NCBI GenBank assembly: GCA_965285935.1
Contig: OZ260664.1
Location: forward strand, 56,978,001-57,042,000
Direction of reading: 5' to 3'
Length of the DNA stretch: 64,000 nt
DNA from: Ophelia neglecta
Lineage: Eukaryota
The notes below the pieces were generated by a model. That model did no database searches. It was given only the letters and a program-made list of their open reading frames with translations, and was not told the origin of the DNA. This document shows positions 1 to 13,700 of the stretch, in pieces. The translations under genes were made by a program, and so were the position numbers. Within the stretch, counting starts at the first letter, position 1. Each line of letters opens with the position of its first letter.

Positions 1-1734
1 GGGAACAATTGATGGAAGATAATTATGAAAACAACCATGTGAACCGAGGGTTTCCAGAAATAGTCAGCTGAGGAGAGTGGGATAGATGTAACCTTACAAA
101 AGAGATGTTGGCAGGTGTCACTTACCTGTTGAATAAATAATGATACCAAACTCAAATAAATGTACTCAGCAAAAGTAAGAACAAACAACTGAAGGTACAT
201 GTAGCTTTCTTATGTTTCCTTATCTTCCAAAAGTCTCCGGGTAGATTTAGGACAGGTTTGAAAATGTGGCGTGATATAATTTTTAGCAGTACTCTGGGAA
301 AACTCAGCATTGTAAAACCAAAAGACCTTTACAGATCAGATATAGGCCTTAAGATAGGCTGGAGATAATTTGGACCATAATAATCTGTGAAACAGCTCTG
401 CATTATACTTGAATATGCAGGCCAATTAATCCAATTCGTAAATCACCAGTAGGCAGTGTGCTATGATGACCAACAGTGTGTTTTGAGTGGTTATCTTTGA
501 CACTTATAAAAACCTCTTTTAAGCCAATGGCGTGAATACCTAAATCTAAAAACTTTAACTCTTGACACTAATGTTAACTGAGTAAAGGAGCATGCTATAA
601 TTATTATTCCACATGCCCATTATGTATTTTGCTTTGTCAACAAATATATCAACTACATAAGAAAAGACATAGTCATAACTGTTGAGAGCACTTTGGGGTA
701 CGACCAAATATATTTTATAGGTCAATACACATTTTGTGGGTTAACATGATGTAATGTTTTACATAAGACACAGCAATGTCACAGGCGGCTTGCCCATGAT
801 ATTCAGTCATGAATATTTCCACAGCCACTGGCAGATCACATATATATTTCCAAAAAATCTAAGTACATGTTAAATACAAGCACACGTATAAAAAACATGA
901 GATGCCATTGGTGTCTGGTCGGAACCAATGTGATGTAAAAAAAAAAATTTCCACTACTGAGTCTCCAACATATTACATGGTGAAAATATTGTGCAGTAAA
1001 ACACCATGTGTTGTTCAAGACAAATGGATTTACTTGGGCTTTACTCATAGTTAATGTGACCAACCTAGGTTTTAATATTTAATTCCATGTCCATTCTAAG
1101 GCACCTTGAACTCTGTATTTAATAGAAGGTATACAGCTAGTATTTTATTGACCCTCGATAACCTTTCATTCTTGCTTGCCACCTACAGTAGCACACACTC
1201 AATTTGAGCAGTTTAACCAGTTGACCAGTTCCATTACTGTCAGTCAGACGGCGAACATGGTGAACTGCTTGCATGTTCAAGTAACAGGAAGTGCAGCATT
1301 TAGGTACCTTTACTTGGCAACGTTTTTGCAGTCTAATACAGTTTCCACATACATGTATTTCCATATCAATGGCCAGTGCTTTTTCCAGTCATAGCCTTGT
1401 TTGCGCATGTATAGGTGATAATTTCAGCAGGGTTATTCCTGCTATCATGTTTACCGATCTTCAAAACTGACACAGTTTTGGGCAGGTTTTTATAATGGAA
1501 TGTTATGTATTGGAAAACTTTGTGATGCTTCAAGTATCAAGAGCTTTAAAGAATTGTTAGCCGAGAGTCTTGTGAATTCACAGACATTGCAATAAAAAAG
1601 AGAGATTTAACAGTCAGAGATAAACTTATTGTTCTAAACCCTTCTTTCTCAATGCAAGTAGGGGGGAAACCAGATATGAAATCCTACAACTGAATAATTA
1701 CAAGTATATACAGAACATGTGACTTGTCACTTAC

Positions 1735-1773
1735 CTGTGCCTCTAACATGAATGTGTCCATTCTTGATGAAAT
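1735..1773 (-). CDS. sol-1: Coding microexon E (39 nt, phase 1 to 1): inter-CUB linker NFIKNGHIHVRGT; absent from the ORF track
   Basis: Acceptor cctttctatatttcaatag|ATTTCATC and perfect donor GGCACAG|gtaagt. It is in frame with exon D, and the peptide resembles the recalled SOL-1 linker (FI....H.RGT) that precedes the next CUB cysteine. Confidence 0.85.
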
Positions 1774-4700
1774 CTATTGAAATATAGAAAGGAGCATATT
1801 TAATATAAAGATATATACCTAAAGAATGTTTAAATGTTACCAAGGAAACAATAATTGTGTCTATCCCTTAATTATAATTGGTATAAAACACACAATCGCA
1901 TTAAACATGTCATATAATACAAGTAGTTGGCATTATATCATCATGTTAACAAACCTTGATTATTACAGACATAATAGTTATCCATATATAAGTATATATG
2001 TATATAAACTTACTTAGATTTACAAATCGATCACTAATCTCAAATTCTGCTTTGAAGCCACTCCTGTGTATGCTAGTGTCTTCTTCTCGCTCCCAATAAG
2101 GTACATAGGGTTTTTTAGTTGGTTCAACCCTACCACTTTTTGTCACAAATTCAATATGCAGTGCATTTGAGGTAGAAAACAATACAAATTTTTTTTCTTT
2201 TCCACAGTATATTCCTATAACTTCAGCTGTGTTATCAGGACCGTCATAGACTTTGACATAGTCAAATGGGCAGCTGAAAAGAGAGAAATGCACGGTAACT
2301 TTCATTTGAACTTTTTTTTCACAGCATGGACTACTATCAAATTATAGAATAAATAAATACTAATTGCAATACAATTCAGGCACATAAACTCATTTAATAT
2401 AAAGTCCAACAGAATATGTTTTCTGTTGTACATATAAAACACCCCCACCCTACCAAACCCTCAAGGCTACATACAGGCAGGCAGATGAACAGACCATCAG
2501 ATTGTAAAATGACTGATGAAGCGGACTTTTTTTATGGCCAAAACATTTTGTATGTTGGGGGTCTCATTGGATTTTTTTTCTCTTTTCCCTTTCAGAGAGC
2601 TAATTACATTGACACTTAATATGCCAAGACTTGCATTGCAATTGGGAGAGAATCAAAACATAACCACATTTCACTGCAACCTCAGTGACCATTCATTATT
2701 TAGTGATGATGTACCATAGAATGTCACCATAATGAAATATAAGCCTACCTAACACACACCTTAATATTGTATTTTTATGTAGCTCTGTATTGCTTACATT
2801 TTTTTAAGTCAACCAAGTCGAATACTGAAGCCAATCCATAATCATTTTCGTCTTTCATCTACATTATACCAGCTGCATAAAGTCTGCAGACTAGTTATGC
2901 GAAAAAACACTACTCGAAGCACCAAATATGTTATCTATGCATGTGTGACATGCTCACATGGTGAACGCTGATTGGCCCAGAGGGCAAATGACGCTTGGCC
3001 TGCTTTCCGCAATGACGTCACCACCAGAAGGCAGCGGCATTCAGGGACACAGTGCTCTGGCAAAGCACGTCACTTGCCTTCGGGTTTAAATAGGTCAAAC
3101 ATCATACATAGCAAACCAATTAGAGGCTGCCTTCTTTTAAACACTCCAATTACACATAGACAATATGTGCGTCAGCAGTAGCTTGTGCACACTGTTTTCT
3201 GGCATCGTATGATTTTAAACCTTTTTTTCTGAAAACTCCAGACTTTATGCGGCTGGTATAATATTTACGATAACAGTGCTCACTAGCTTGCGATTGCTTT
3301 GCTATTGTCCTTGAGGTGACATTGACCATTATTATGTAAATTGTATTTTTATAAAAATAGAAAGCATCATATTCAATGATATATATTTAACCATTTCTGC
3401 GAGGACAGAACACCAGTCCTCCTGTATTAGCAGACTTAATTCTTTAAATTTCTATAAAAAACGTCAATATCACCACTGTGACACTATTAAAACATTTATA
3501 TGGTGGTGCCAAGGTGTTTGCCCTTAGGCAAGCCCTGGCTCTCTAGCTACAATCAAATGTAACATCATTCTGTCAGTCCAGACAGAGCAGGAAATTAGTG
3601 AAAACTTTATACATTTTAATAATAATAAAAAAGTGGTAATCTAGATAGAAGTTTGGTGGAAAAATACTTAGTGGGATTTACCAGATGAGATTTTGTTTAT
3701 GATTTGAAGTCAACTTAAAGGCATGAAAGATTGCAACCTGACAGCTACCAACTGCTAAATGATGCTGGAGCAGCCCCCTCTTGATTGAAACAACATATAA
3801 TGCATCCTTATGATAACGGGAGCGACTGAAACATTTAAATATAACAACATTCATAATTACGTCTGCATTCACTACAAAAAGTGAGGGTAAATGGGGAAAA
3901 GCTGATCAACGTAGGCCAATATAATTGGTAGCCGTGAAGTCAGAATGCTTAATCGTAGGATATACATCTCTTGGGAAATGGTCGCTTTGTTCATTTTATC
4001 TGTATATTTTTATTGTTGTTTACACAACTGAACAACAATTCATTTTGGAATTGAAATTTAATTTTTGCTTTCTGAACTGAATGCTTAATATCAAACCTTA
4101 TCTAGAGAATTATTTGACGGACTTTGAAGTCAAGATTTACATCTGATGCAACAAATACTGAGGGTAGCCAAAGTCAAAGGCCAGCTAATGTTTTACTGAA
4201 TGCAATCATATACTGATATAGCTTTGGTTCTATTCCAAATGTGAAATACTTGACTGTTGCCTCATAACCTGAGCCAGTTGTGATTAATGAGCAGCACCCA
4301 CCATACATGAACTGATTACTCAGCTGCGAGCCTGCCTGTCAAAGTTCGGTCCAATTATATGGTCCTCCTTCAGCTGACACCATATATATCACAAACACTA
4401 GTAGTGGGAGGCAATAATAACCAGCAAGGATGCAAATGATATGACTAAAAATAATGCTCTTTCAAAACATCTACAATTTATTTGAACGGAAAGTTCATGA
4501 CATTGGAATTAATGTGGAAAATTGCTTCTTTTGGCAAAATATCAGCAAATGTGAACTGTATATTTGTACTGCCAATAACTGTAATTGCCTTGATTACACT
4601 ATACATTTATTATTAGATCAACTATGGAACTAAGGGCCACATGCTAAAATTGTTTCAAACCATCTAACAAATTGAAAACAAAATATCTTAAAATTGGTAA

Positions 4701-7700
4701 ACAACAAAAATATCCAAATTATCAATCATGAAATGTGGAGTACCCCAAGGGTACCTAGTATGGCCATTATTTTTGCCTAAAACACCTCTGATTCACAAAG
4801 ATTTTAGACATTTTTGAGCTTCATATGCGATTTTATATGCAAGCTACTGTTATAACAGTATAAATACATTCATTAAGGTATAAATTCAACAAGTTGTCCA
4901 CACCCTGTTTCACATTATGCCAAAGGACAAGGCAACCAACATGTGAACAGGTCATGCCTCATTTGCATACAGGTAAACCATGTAAACTGCAGGCCAATCG
5001 GTGGTAAGATGAAAGATCTGCATTCACATCAATTTCAGAATATTTTGTTTGTTGAATGGACATGTATCTTTATTGCTTACATTATAAAATTAACTGGATG
5101 GTGATAAAATGTACTTTAGGTTATTAGAGTTGTGCATGCTATCAACCTGATCTGTACACAAAACACTGTGGCAGATGTCCGATAGTCAGTTTGGTTTAAA
5201 ACTGGGTGAATTAACACATGGGAGAAAAGTTTTGGGGCAATTCCATTGCCAAATCAGGTGGGGTGGCAAATAATCAAGGAGTGTTAAGACTTTAAGCTTT
5301 AATTTGTTTCCAATGGATGTTAACCAACATTTATAAAGCCAGTTAAATCTTATCAAGTGAAGCAAGGTGGCTCTTCTATTTTATGTGGCTCTATCTGGTA
5401 TACACCACACTGTATAAAATACCTGCCAGTAGGATATTGTATACAGTGCAGGCCATAACAAAAAGTGAATTAAGGGTAATTTTCCATCACATAAATGGTT
5501 TTTTGCTGGGTAATTGCTCAACATGCATTTTGGTTTACTGTAGGTAATTGCATAGCAGTACACTCTATACCTGCTCCCATACTGTGATGAATGCATTAAA
5601 AAAATATATATGGATGATGACCATGAATATACAACATCTGACCAAATGTGTTTATAAGGATTCTTTACATAATGAGGAGTAATGAGAAATAAATGCATGT
5701 GTTTTATTCCCAGCCATTTTACCCACAAATGTATAGCATGTTTTGCACAGATATTTGCCTAGTACATTTGATACATCTTGTCTTTGAATAGTACACAGGG
5801 TGTGTACAGTTTGAAAGAATCCTAATATTCCATGGTGTGCTGGTATGAAGCAGACTGTATCAGAAGTCAAAATTCACTCTCCCTGAATACTTGTTGTACT
5901 TGTCTAATGTCCAAAAAACTCCAATGATGCTATTTCTAGTGAGGAGCCAGATGCAAATTATCTTATATCTGCCTTTAATTAATTGCCTTTTTAAAATTTA
6001 TAAGCTGAAATAACCATTTTTGCATAATGGATTAACAAATTCTATTGACTCAAAACATCCTCTACATAAACTTCACAAAAAATAGACCAGTTTATAAAAG
6101 TGTGTGAGCGATGCCTGAGAAGGTCAGGCCGTCAATCCAAACAAAAGGTGAGCATGGACCTGGTAATTCTGGAGATGAATTTCTTTGACCTAACACATTT
6201 GATAGTAACAGGAAGTTGCAACTTATTAGGGAACGGACAGCAATTATAGAGGATATGTTATGCTTCTAGCTGGTGCCCACTGAATATGATAAAGTAATTA
6301 TATGAAAAGGACATTACATGTCATTATGATTTCCTCCTATTTCACTGAATTATAGTTGACAATTTACTTGATAAGAGAGTATTGCTGGTAGCAAGGCAAT
6401 GATTGTCAGGAAATTACAGTCATATATAATTCACTGGTAAAGGGAAGGATTACATTTAGTGTGGTCAAAGTAATAATCTATATAGGTTTTCTCCTCAGGG
6501 GCAGCTATCTACACGCATAATTAATTGTGAAAAATATTAGTTGGCACAGCGGCTGTTTCTTTCGCCATTCTATACTGGCTGAAAGTCAGTTGTCTTCAGC
6601 GCCCTGCAATGATAATGGGGTGGTGTTATGACAGACTGAGCAGCCTTTGTCTGCAGAACACCAGAGCTGCATTAGACATAAACCACCTGGTACATGTATA
6701 CAGACCTCAGGTGACTGGGCATTATCAAACTTGGCCAAACCGCCTACATGTACATGTATAGAGGCCCAAGTTGACTGTGCTCTAACTAGGCCAGACTACC
6801 TACATGTACATGTATGGAGGCCTCAGATGACTTGGCTTTAACTTGGCCAAACAACCTACATGTACATGTATAGAGGCCCCAGTTGACTTGGCTTCAACTA
6901 GACCAGACAACCTACATGTACATGAATGGAGGCCTCAGGTGACTTGGCTTTAACTTGGCCAAACAACCTACATGTACATGTATAGAGGCCCAAGTTGACT
7001 TGGCTCTAACTAGACCAGACAACCTACATGTACATGTATGAAGGCCTCAGGTGACTTGGCTTTAACTTGGCCAAACAACCTACATGTACATGTATAGAGG
7101 CCCAAGTTGACTTGGCTCTAACTAGACCAGACAACCTACATGTACATGTATGAAGGCCTCAGGTGACTTGGCTTTAACTTGGCCAAACAACCTACATGTA
7201 CATGTATAGAGGCCCAAGTTGACTTGGCTCTAACTAGACCAGACAACCTACATGTACATGTATGAAGGCCTCAGGTGACTTGGCTTTAACTTGGCCAAAC
7301 AACCTACATGTACATGTATAGAGGCCCCAGTTGACTTGGCTTCAACTAGACCAGACAACCTACATGTACATGTATGGAGGCCTCAGGTGACTTGGCTTTA
7401 ACTTGGCCAAACAACCTACATGTACATGTATAGAGGCCCCAGTTGACTTGGCTTCAACTAGACCAGACAACCTACATGTACATGTATGGAGGCCTCAGGT
7501 GACTTGGCTTTAACTTGGCCAAACAACCTACATGTACATGTATAGAAGCCCCAGTTGACTTGGCTCTTACTAGACCAGACAATCTACATGTACATGTATG
7601 GAGGCCTCAGGTGACTTGGCTTTAACTTGGCCAAACAACCTACATGTACATGTATAGAGGCCCCAGTTGACTTGGCTTCAACTAGGCCAAACAACCTGCA

Positions 7701-10700
7701 TGTGCATATAAAGAGGCCACAGGCGATTTGGCTTTTCCTAGGCCAAACAACCTACATGTACATGTACATGTATAGAGGCCCCAGGTGACATGCATAGAGG
7801 CCCTAGGTGATTTGGCTTCAACTAGGCCAAACAACCTACATGTACATGTATACAGGCCACAGGTGACTTGGCTTTAACTTGGCCAAACAACCTACATGTA
7901 CATGTATAGAGGCCCCAGTTGACTTGGCTTTTACTAGGCCAAATAACCTACATGTACATGTATAGAGCCCCCAGGTGACCTGGCTTAAACTAGGCCAAAC
8001 AACCTACGTGTACATGTATAGCGGCCTCAGGTGACTTGGCTTTAACTAGGCCAAACAACCTACATGTACATGTATAGCGGCCCAAGTTGACTTGGCTTTA
8101 ACTAGGCCAAACAACCTACATGTACATGTATAGCAGCCTCAGGTGACTTGGCTTTTACTAGGCCAAATAACCTACATGTACATGTATAGAGCCCCCAGGT
8201 GACCTGGCTTAAACTAGGCCAAACAACCTACATGTACATGTACAGAGGCCCCAGGTGACTTGGTTACATTGGCCAAACAAACTACATGTACATGATTGTA
8301 TAGATCCCCCAGCTTTAACTTGGCCAACACCCTGACCATTCCACTAGGTTGCACTGTGAAGACATTGGCATTTTACAAATTGGGCGACAATAATAAAATC
8401 AAAAAAGAATTGCCATATTGGCATACTTGTTATCATGTTTTCTTTATAAAAAAGCTTTATAAGCTATGGAGCAGAGAGGGCCCTTAGGAAAATAACAAGT
8501 AACATCATGTCCATGTACTGAAAAACAGTACAATCATTTGGAGCAAAAAGCATTTTTGGAGATAATTTTAAACATTTATGCGAGCTCTTTAGTCCATTTC
8601 ACTCTTGCAGCACATGCCTGTTTGTTCCAGCTAAATTTATACTTGCTTGAAGCAATTATGACAATCCTGTACTGGCACATGTTGTCTCTCATAAACCATC
8701 AATGACACTAAGGGCTCTATAGAAAAACCTGGTTAGCCATAAGAGAAATCTTTGTATTCTTCTCGGAGTGTCAAATATGAACTTGCAAACAATAAATACT
8801 CCCTTTATATTGCCCACATCTGAATGCTTTACACTAATACATCTGACAAACAGCAATTGAGAGTAAGCTGGATGGTTTTATAAATCATTGGTAGTGCCAT
8901 TCACCCTGGCAATGAGCCCAGCCATGCAATGTGACAAGCTGGTTCTTCTAGGAGGGCCTCCCTCAGTATTTTGTGTTGTACCTACCGGTTATATTTATAC
9001 AGCTTATGACATATTTCCATAAGCAGCAAATTGGCAGGCTGGGTATGTAAACCAAATACGTACCCAAGGGATGAAAATGCCACAAGGCAATTACTTATAA
9101 ATCCCAGTCTCACAAATTGGGGTTTTATTTGGATATTTCTAACCAGAAAGCCTATATAGTGAGTAGCATAGTGCTGTACACATACATACCAATCAACTCT
9201 GTGTGCAGCTAGCGTAAAGACTCGGCTAAGTCAGGAAAGGCTGCAAGACATACATTGGCTTGTCGAAAGTGCTAGGAAGCCATTAAACTTTATCACTACA
9301 GCAACCCTAACAGCACAGAGTGAAATAATGAGCCAAATAGGTTCTTTTACATTTGGCACAAAGAAGTTCCCTAGAGCAACATGTTGCCACCACTTCATAG
9401 ATCACATGCAATTAAATGCTGGGGATGAATGGCCCTTGGAGAAGGAAAGGCCACACCTAAACCATACCTCCTGCTATCAGCATAGGCAAACATCTTAAAC
9501 CAAGAATCACAGTGGGAACTGGCAGACATAAATTTGTAAATTTATTTTCTTTGACGACTGGCATTCTGACAGAACAGATACTTCTTTGTGTAGGCAATGG
9601 CTAACTCAATTATCTTAAAGGCGATGGCAGTGGCGGGTTGGTCCCAGCAGACTGTGTCTTCCTGATTGTGTGCCATGTCAGCCTTTATCAGTGAGAAACA
9701 ACTCCAAATAGCTACCTCCCTATGATCAAGCTCTGGTATGAGGGAGACCAATATTTTTGTCTTTCACTTCGATCTTAGACAGTCAGACTGGAGAATCCGA
9801 CAAGTGCAAACACCCATCACCATAAAGTTGGACACCACAATTTTGCATAATGTGCAACGTACAGAAATAGAATGTAGAGCAGCATAGAATATCTTATTTG
9901 AGACCTTGACAAAATTGATTCATACTGGCCAATGTTCTTTAAATGTGTTCTGAAAATGGATATGAATGCTTGAGCAAGAAAATTGCTCTAAATTATTTCA
10001 GTCCACTGAGAGCCTGACATTGAAGAAAAAGTAAGCCTGTTTCCAAATTGAAGCAAATAATTAATTAAATGCCTTAAAACCTATAATTTAAAAATCATTC
10101 TTATCTCCAACACTGAACTGCCAAAACCAATCAAGTCAAATGCAGATTTCTCAAATTGACCTTTACAAAGGGACCTAGGTCCTATTCAAGGTCCTGAGCA
10201 ATATCTTAGATTTGATGTTTGACATGCCTATCAATGATATGTATCATTAAAGTACCATAAAAAATTGAATATTCAGGTTCTTAAATTGACTTTGAAAGAG
10301 GTCAAGGGCAAATTTAAGGTCACAAGCAGACATCTTGAAAATGGCTTCTTATTTGAGGTCGGTAGACTTTTTGATAAAAGATGGCTCTGAAGAGAGGTGA
10401 CCATCAGAAACTTTGGTTTAAACATGGACAGTTCATATTGGCTGCCAGAAAGCAGAGGGATGTGTCCACTGGGTCTTCTATTTCCCCAAAATATTGCCAT
10501 TATCCTCAAAAAGGCCAATTTCTGCCAATCTCTAAAGAATTTATACCAAAAGGCCAATTTCTGTCAATCTCTAAAGAATTTATACCTGCCGACTTGGCAG
10601 AAAATAATCTTTTTTGTCAAATTCTGCCGTAAATATATATAATTTTCTGCAAAATAGCTTGCAGAATTTCACTGATTTTTTTGCGTATTTAGGCAGAAAT

Positions 10701-13700
10701 ACCATGTCTGTACATTTCAGCCGCATTCTGAAAGACATGATGAGAATTCTAACCAAGGCATATGGGTCTGTACACCCCAGTTACTGCCAATCAAAGACAA
10801 GCATACCTTGTAGTTATATGATTTATTCGATAAACAACAGTTTTTGATGGACAGGCTTGATGATTAAGTAATGAAGAGGTAAGCAAGATATTACTCACTG
10901 GTCCCCGCCATTGAACAAGTCCAGATCCAGGAAGGTGAGTTTGATTCTCTGTCCAATGAGGCCCAGTATTTTGTAGTAACAGAAGACATTGTCTGGATAC
11001 ATCCCAGGGTAGGTTGGAGACAGAAGGGTCCCTCTATCGAGTGTCCCTCCTTGTATAGTCTGACCACAAACATGACGTGGAGCAGGGGTGCCAATGGTGT
11101 AAACTGCTGGAATAGACAAAAGTGTCAAACATTATGAGCACCTTATTCCCCAAAATAATATGAATGAAAAGTAAAGAACATGAAATCATATTTGAAAATT
11201 ACCATGAAACTATATGCTAATGCTACTTATGTGGAATTATTTGAATGATTGATTCCTCAACTGACTTTTCTATCAGTTGTCTTTCTTCTAATACTCCTTT
11301 CCATTTATTCACTGAACCACCGGCTGACTATTTCATGAAGTCACTTTCGTTCATATCATGAACCAAGCCAACAACAATTATTATAATTTGTAAGGATTAG
11401 AAATTTTATAGTTACAGTTAATATAACTTTATTTTTTGCTGCTTAAGTCTTATACTTGTGCAGTATGTATGTACTCAATATTAATGCTTTGGAACTAACA
11501 AACAGACAGACAACAATGCCATTAGCTCGGAAGAATTGTTCTGCTCAGTTAATGTCCTTGGATTGGCAAACCTTAGAAGCATTGGGAAAGTCAGGGGATT
11601 GGTATCCTGCAGAATCTCTCTGTAGGTTAAAATGGTAATTTTTAAGCCCTTAGGGGCTGGTGAGTGGGGGGAGGGCAAGGATTTAACCCATCATATATAT
11701 CATGCAAATATCCATGATTTTAGCACATTATCAAAGCAAACGTAATGTAGGGCACTCGGGTAAGCCATTATGTTTTCCTCCCAAGTTAGGCCTAGGTGAT
11801 GAAAAAATGGATTATGTCCTGATCACTTACTGGCATAGAGCAGAAAAATCTGGCAGAACACTTCCCTTAACTTGATAAATCAGGTGCAGTTATTCTCTGT
11901 GACACAATTGAAGAGCTTGGGTATAAAGCCAACCCAGGAGGATGTCACAGCCCTCCATGGGTATTGAGAAGAGGATGAGACAGAAGCACTTCTCATAAAC
12001 TGACAGAGGAGTTTTTTTGCTGGCAAAGTTACCTCAGGGCACATTAATCTGTTTATTACATTAGAAGTACAGGCACTGTACTTACGCTTGGCCCTCCTTT
12101 GACCTTGGGGATTGAAAGCTACCCATTTCAAATTAGACCTTTACACTCTCAGCCTTTCAGCACACCACCTGTGTTGGAGTGTATCTACCATAGTCCTATC
12201 ACACTCAAACTAATGTACCATCACCTGGTGGGCTCATTTTGACCCCCCCTTCTCCTACAGAAGGCTATTCAGTCCTCTAGCCCCTGACCCGAGATTGGAC
12301 ATGACAGGATGCAGAGCCTGCACACTCCAGAACATACCCCCTCCTTATGGGGCTGCCAGAAAGCTGTTCATAACCACTTCACACACATTCTACTCAAATT
12401 GCCAATCAAGTGCTGACAATAAATCAATCACAACTGGCAAACCAATAATGGCACTGTATTGTAGACCAACTAAACAAGATGCAGTACCAGTTTTTCAGCT
12501 TTTCCCAAAAGAGTAAGGTCCCTATCAAAAGAGTAGATCTGATTGCTCTCCTTTTATTGCTCCCAGTGTGCAATTCCTATGCGATGTGCTCCCTTGATTC
12601 AAGTTTATTGGAACTTAGAAATCCTTCCCCAGGAGTACAGATATCACAGTACCTACATCATTACATTTTCACAAGGATGCTAGTATAATGGCACTCTTGT
12701 CGTATCCTGTGATATATCAGGCAGATGTCAAAAGAAGCTCTATAAAAAGTTATTAGCATAAAATGAAATGGTATTTAAGATACAAGCATAATTTTTGGTA
12801 AGTAATCAGCTGAAGACAAAGCCTGTCAGGTTCATATGACCACTAGGTAAACCAATACAACAATGATAAATGGAAAATGCAATCTGCAAAACAATTTACA
12901 TATTAGTAGCTCTGTTGACTTAATGTGCATGTCCATGTGCTCCTTTAAAATGCCTGCTTAATGATTGCATACAAAACGTGTTATATATACTTGTTTTTAC
13001 AGACTTCCTAGAAATCCGAGGCCATATTTCATTTTCTACTACAGTATAATAAAAAAAAACTTAACTTGCTTATACAGCTATTCTGCAAGGACACAACTGG
13101 GTGCTCAAATGATTAATCTTATTGTGTGTGTTCATATTCTGAATTCATGTCATGCAAAATCAGACTGTAGGAAAAATTGCAGCTGGCAGCTGATGATGTG
13201 ATACTTGGTAAAAATCCCCGAGAAGATAAGCACAACTCCATGTACGATGGAAGTGGCATTATCCACTCAAAGCCACAAAAGGCACCATTGGATGCCAAAG
13301 ACAAGATCTTGACCTCAAATTGCTAGGGTCAACTGGTCTGAACAAGACACCAGACCAAGTTAGCCTGGAGGGCAAACCTATCTCATCATATCTCAAGTCA
13401 AAGTGGAGAAGTTCTGACTAAACCTCTAGAAGGGTAAGTATGATGTGAAAGCCACATTGTAAGCCCACCGTCCCTGGCCTCCGAGTAACACAACTCAGAG
13501 AGAAGATCAAATAAGTATGTGTAGGAAGAAATCAATACCTATTTCATTTTCAATGAATTCATGGAAGATCCATTGAAAAGAAAAGATCCTGAGGCAATAT
13601 GACCATTATCAAATTGCTGCTGCATAAAGTTAAAACATTCAATGAATTGAAGTAGATTACTATGGATAAGAATTTATCAAATAACTACTATATGTTGCTA

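Noticed and set aside
6681-8328. CRISPR-like appearance (constant palindromic core with variable intervening sequence)
   Set aside because: The intervening segments are two alternating homologous variants, not unique spacers. There are no cas genes and the context is a spliceosomal intron.
13190-13520. Purine-rich stretch suggestive of an RTE LINE 3' end
   Set aside because: I could not recover a diagnostic peptide motif in any frame.
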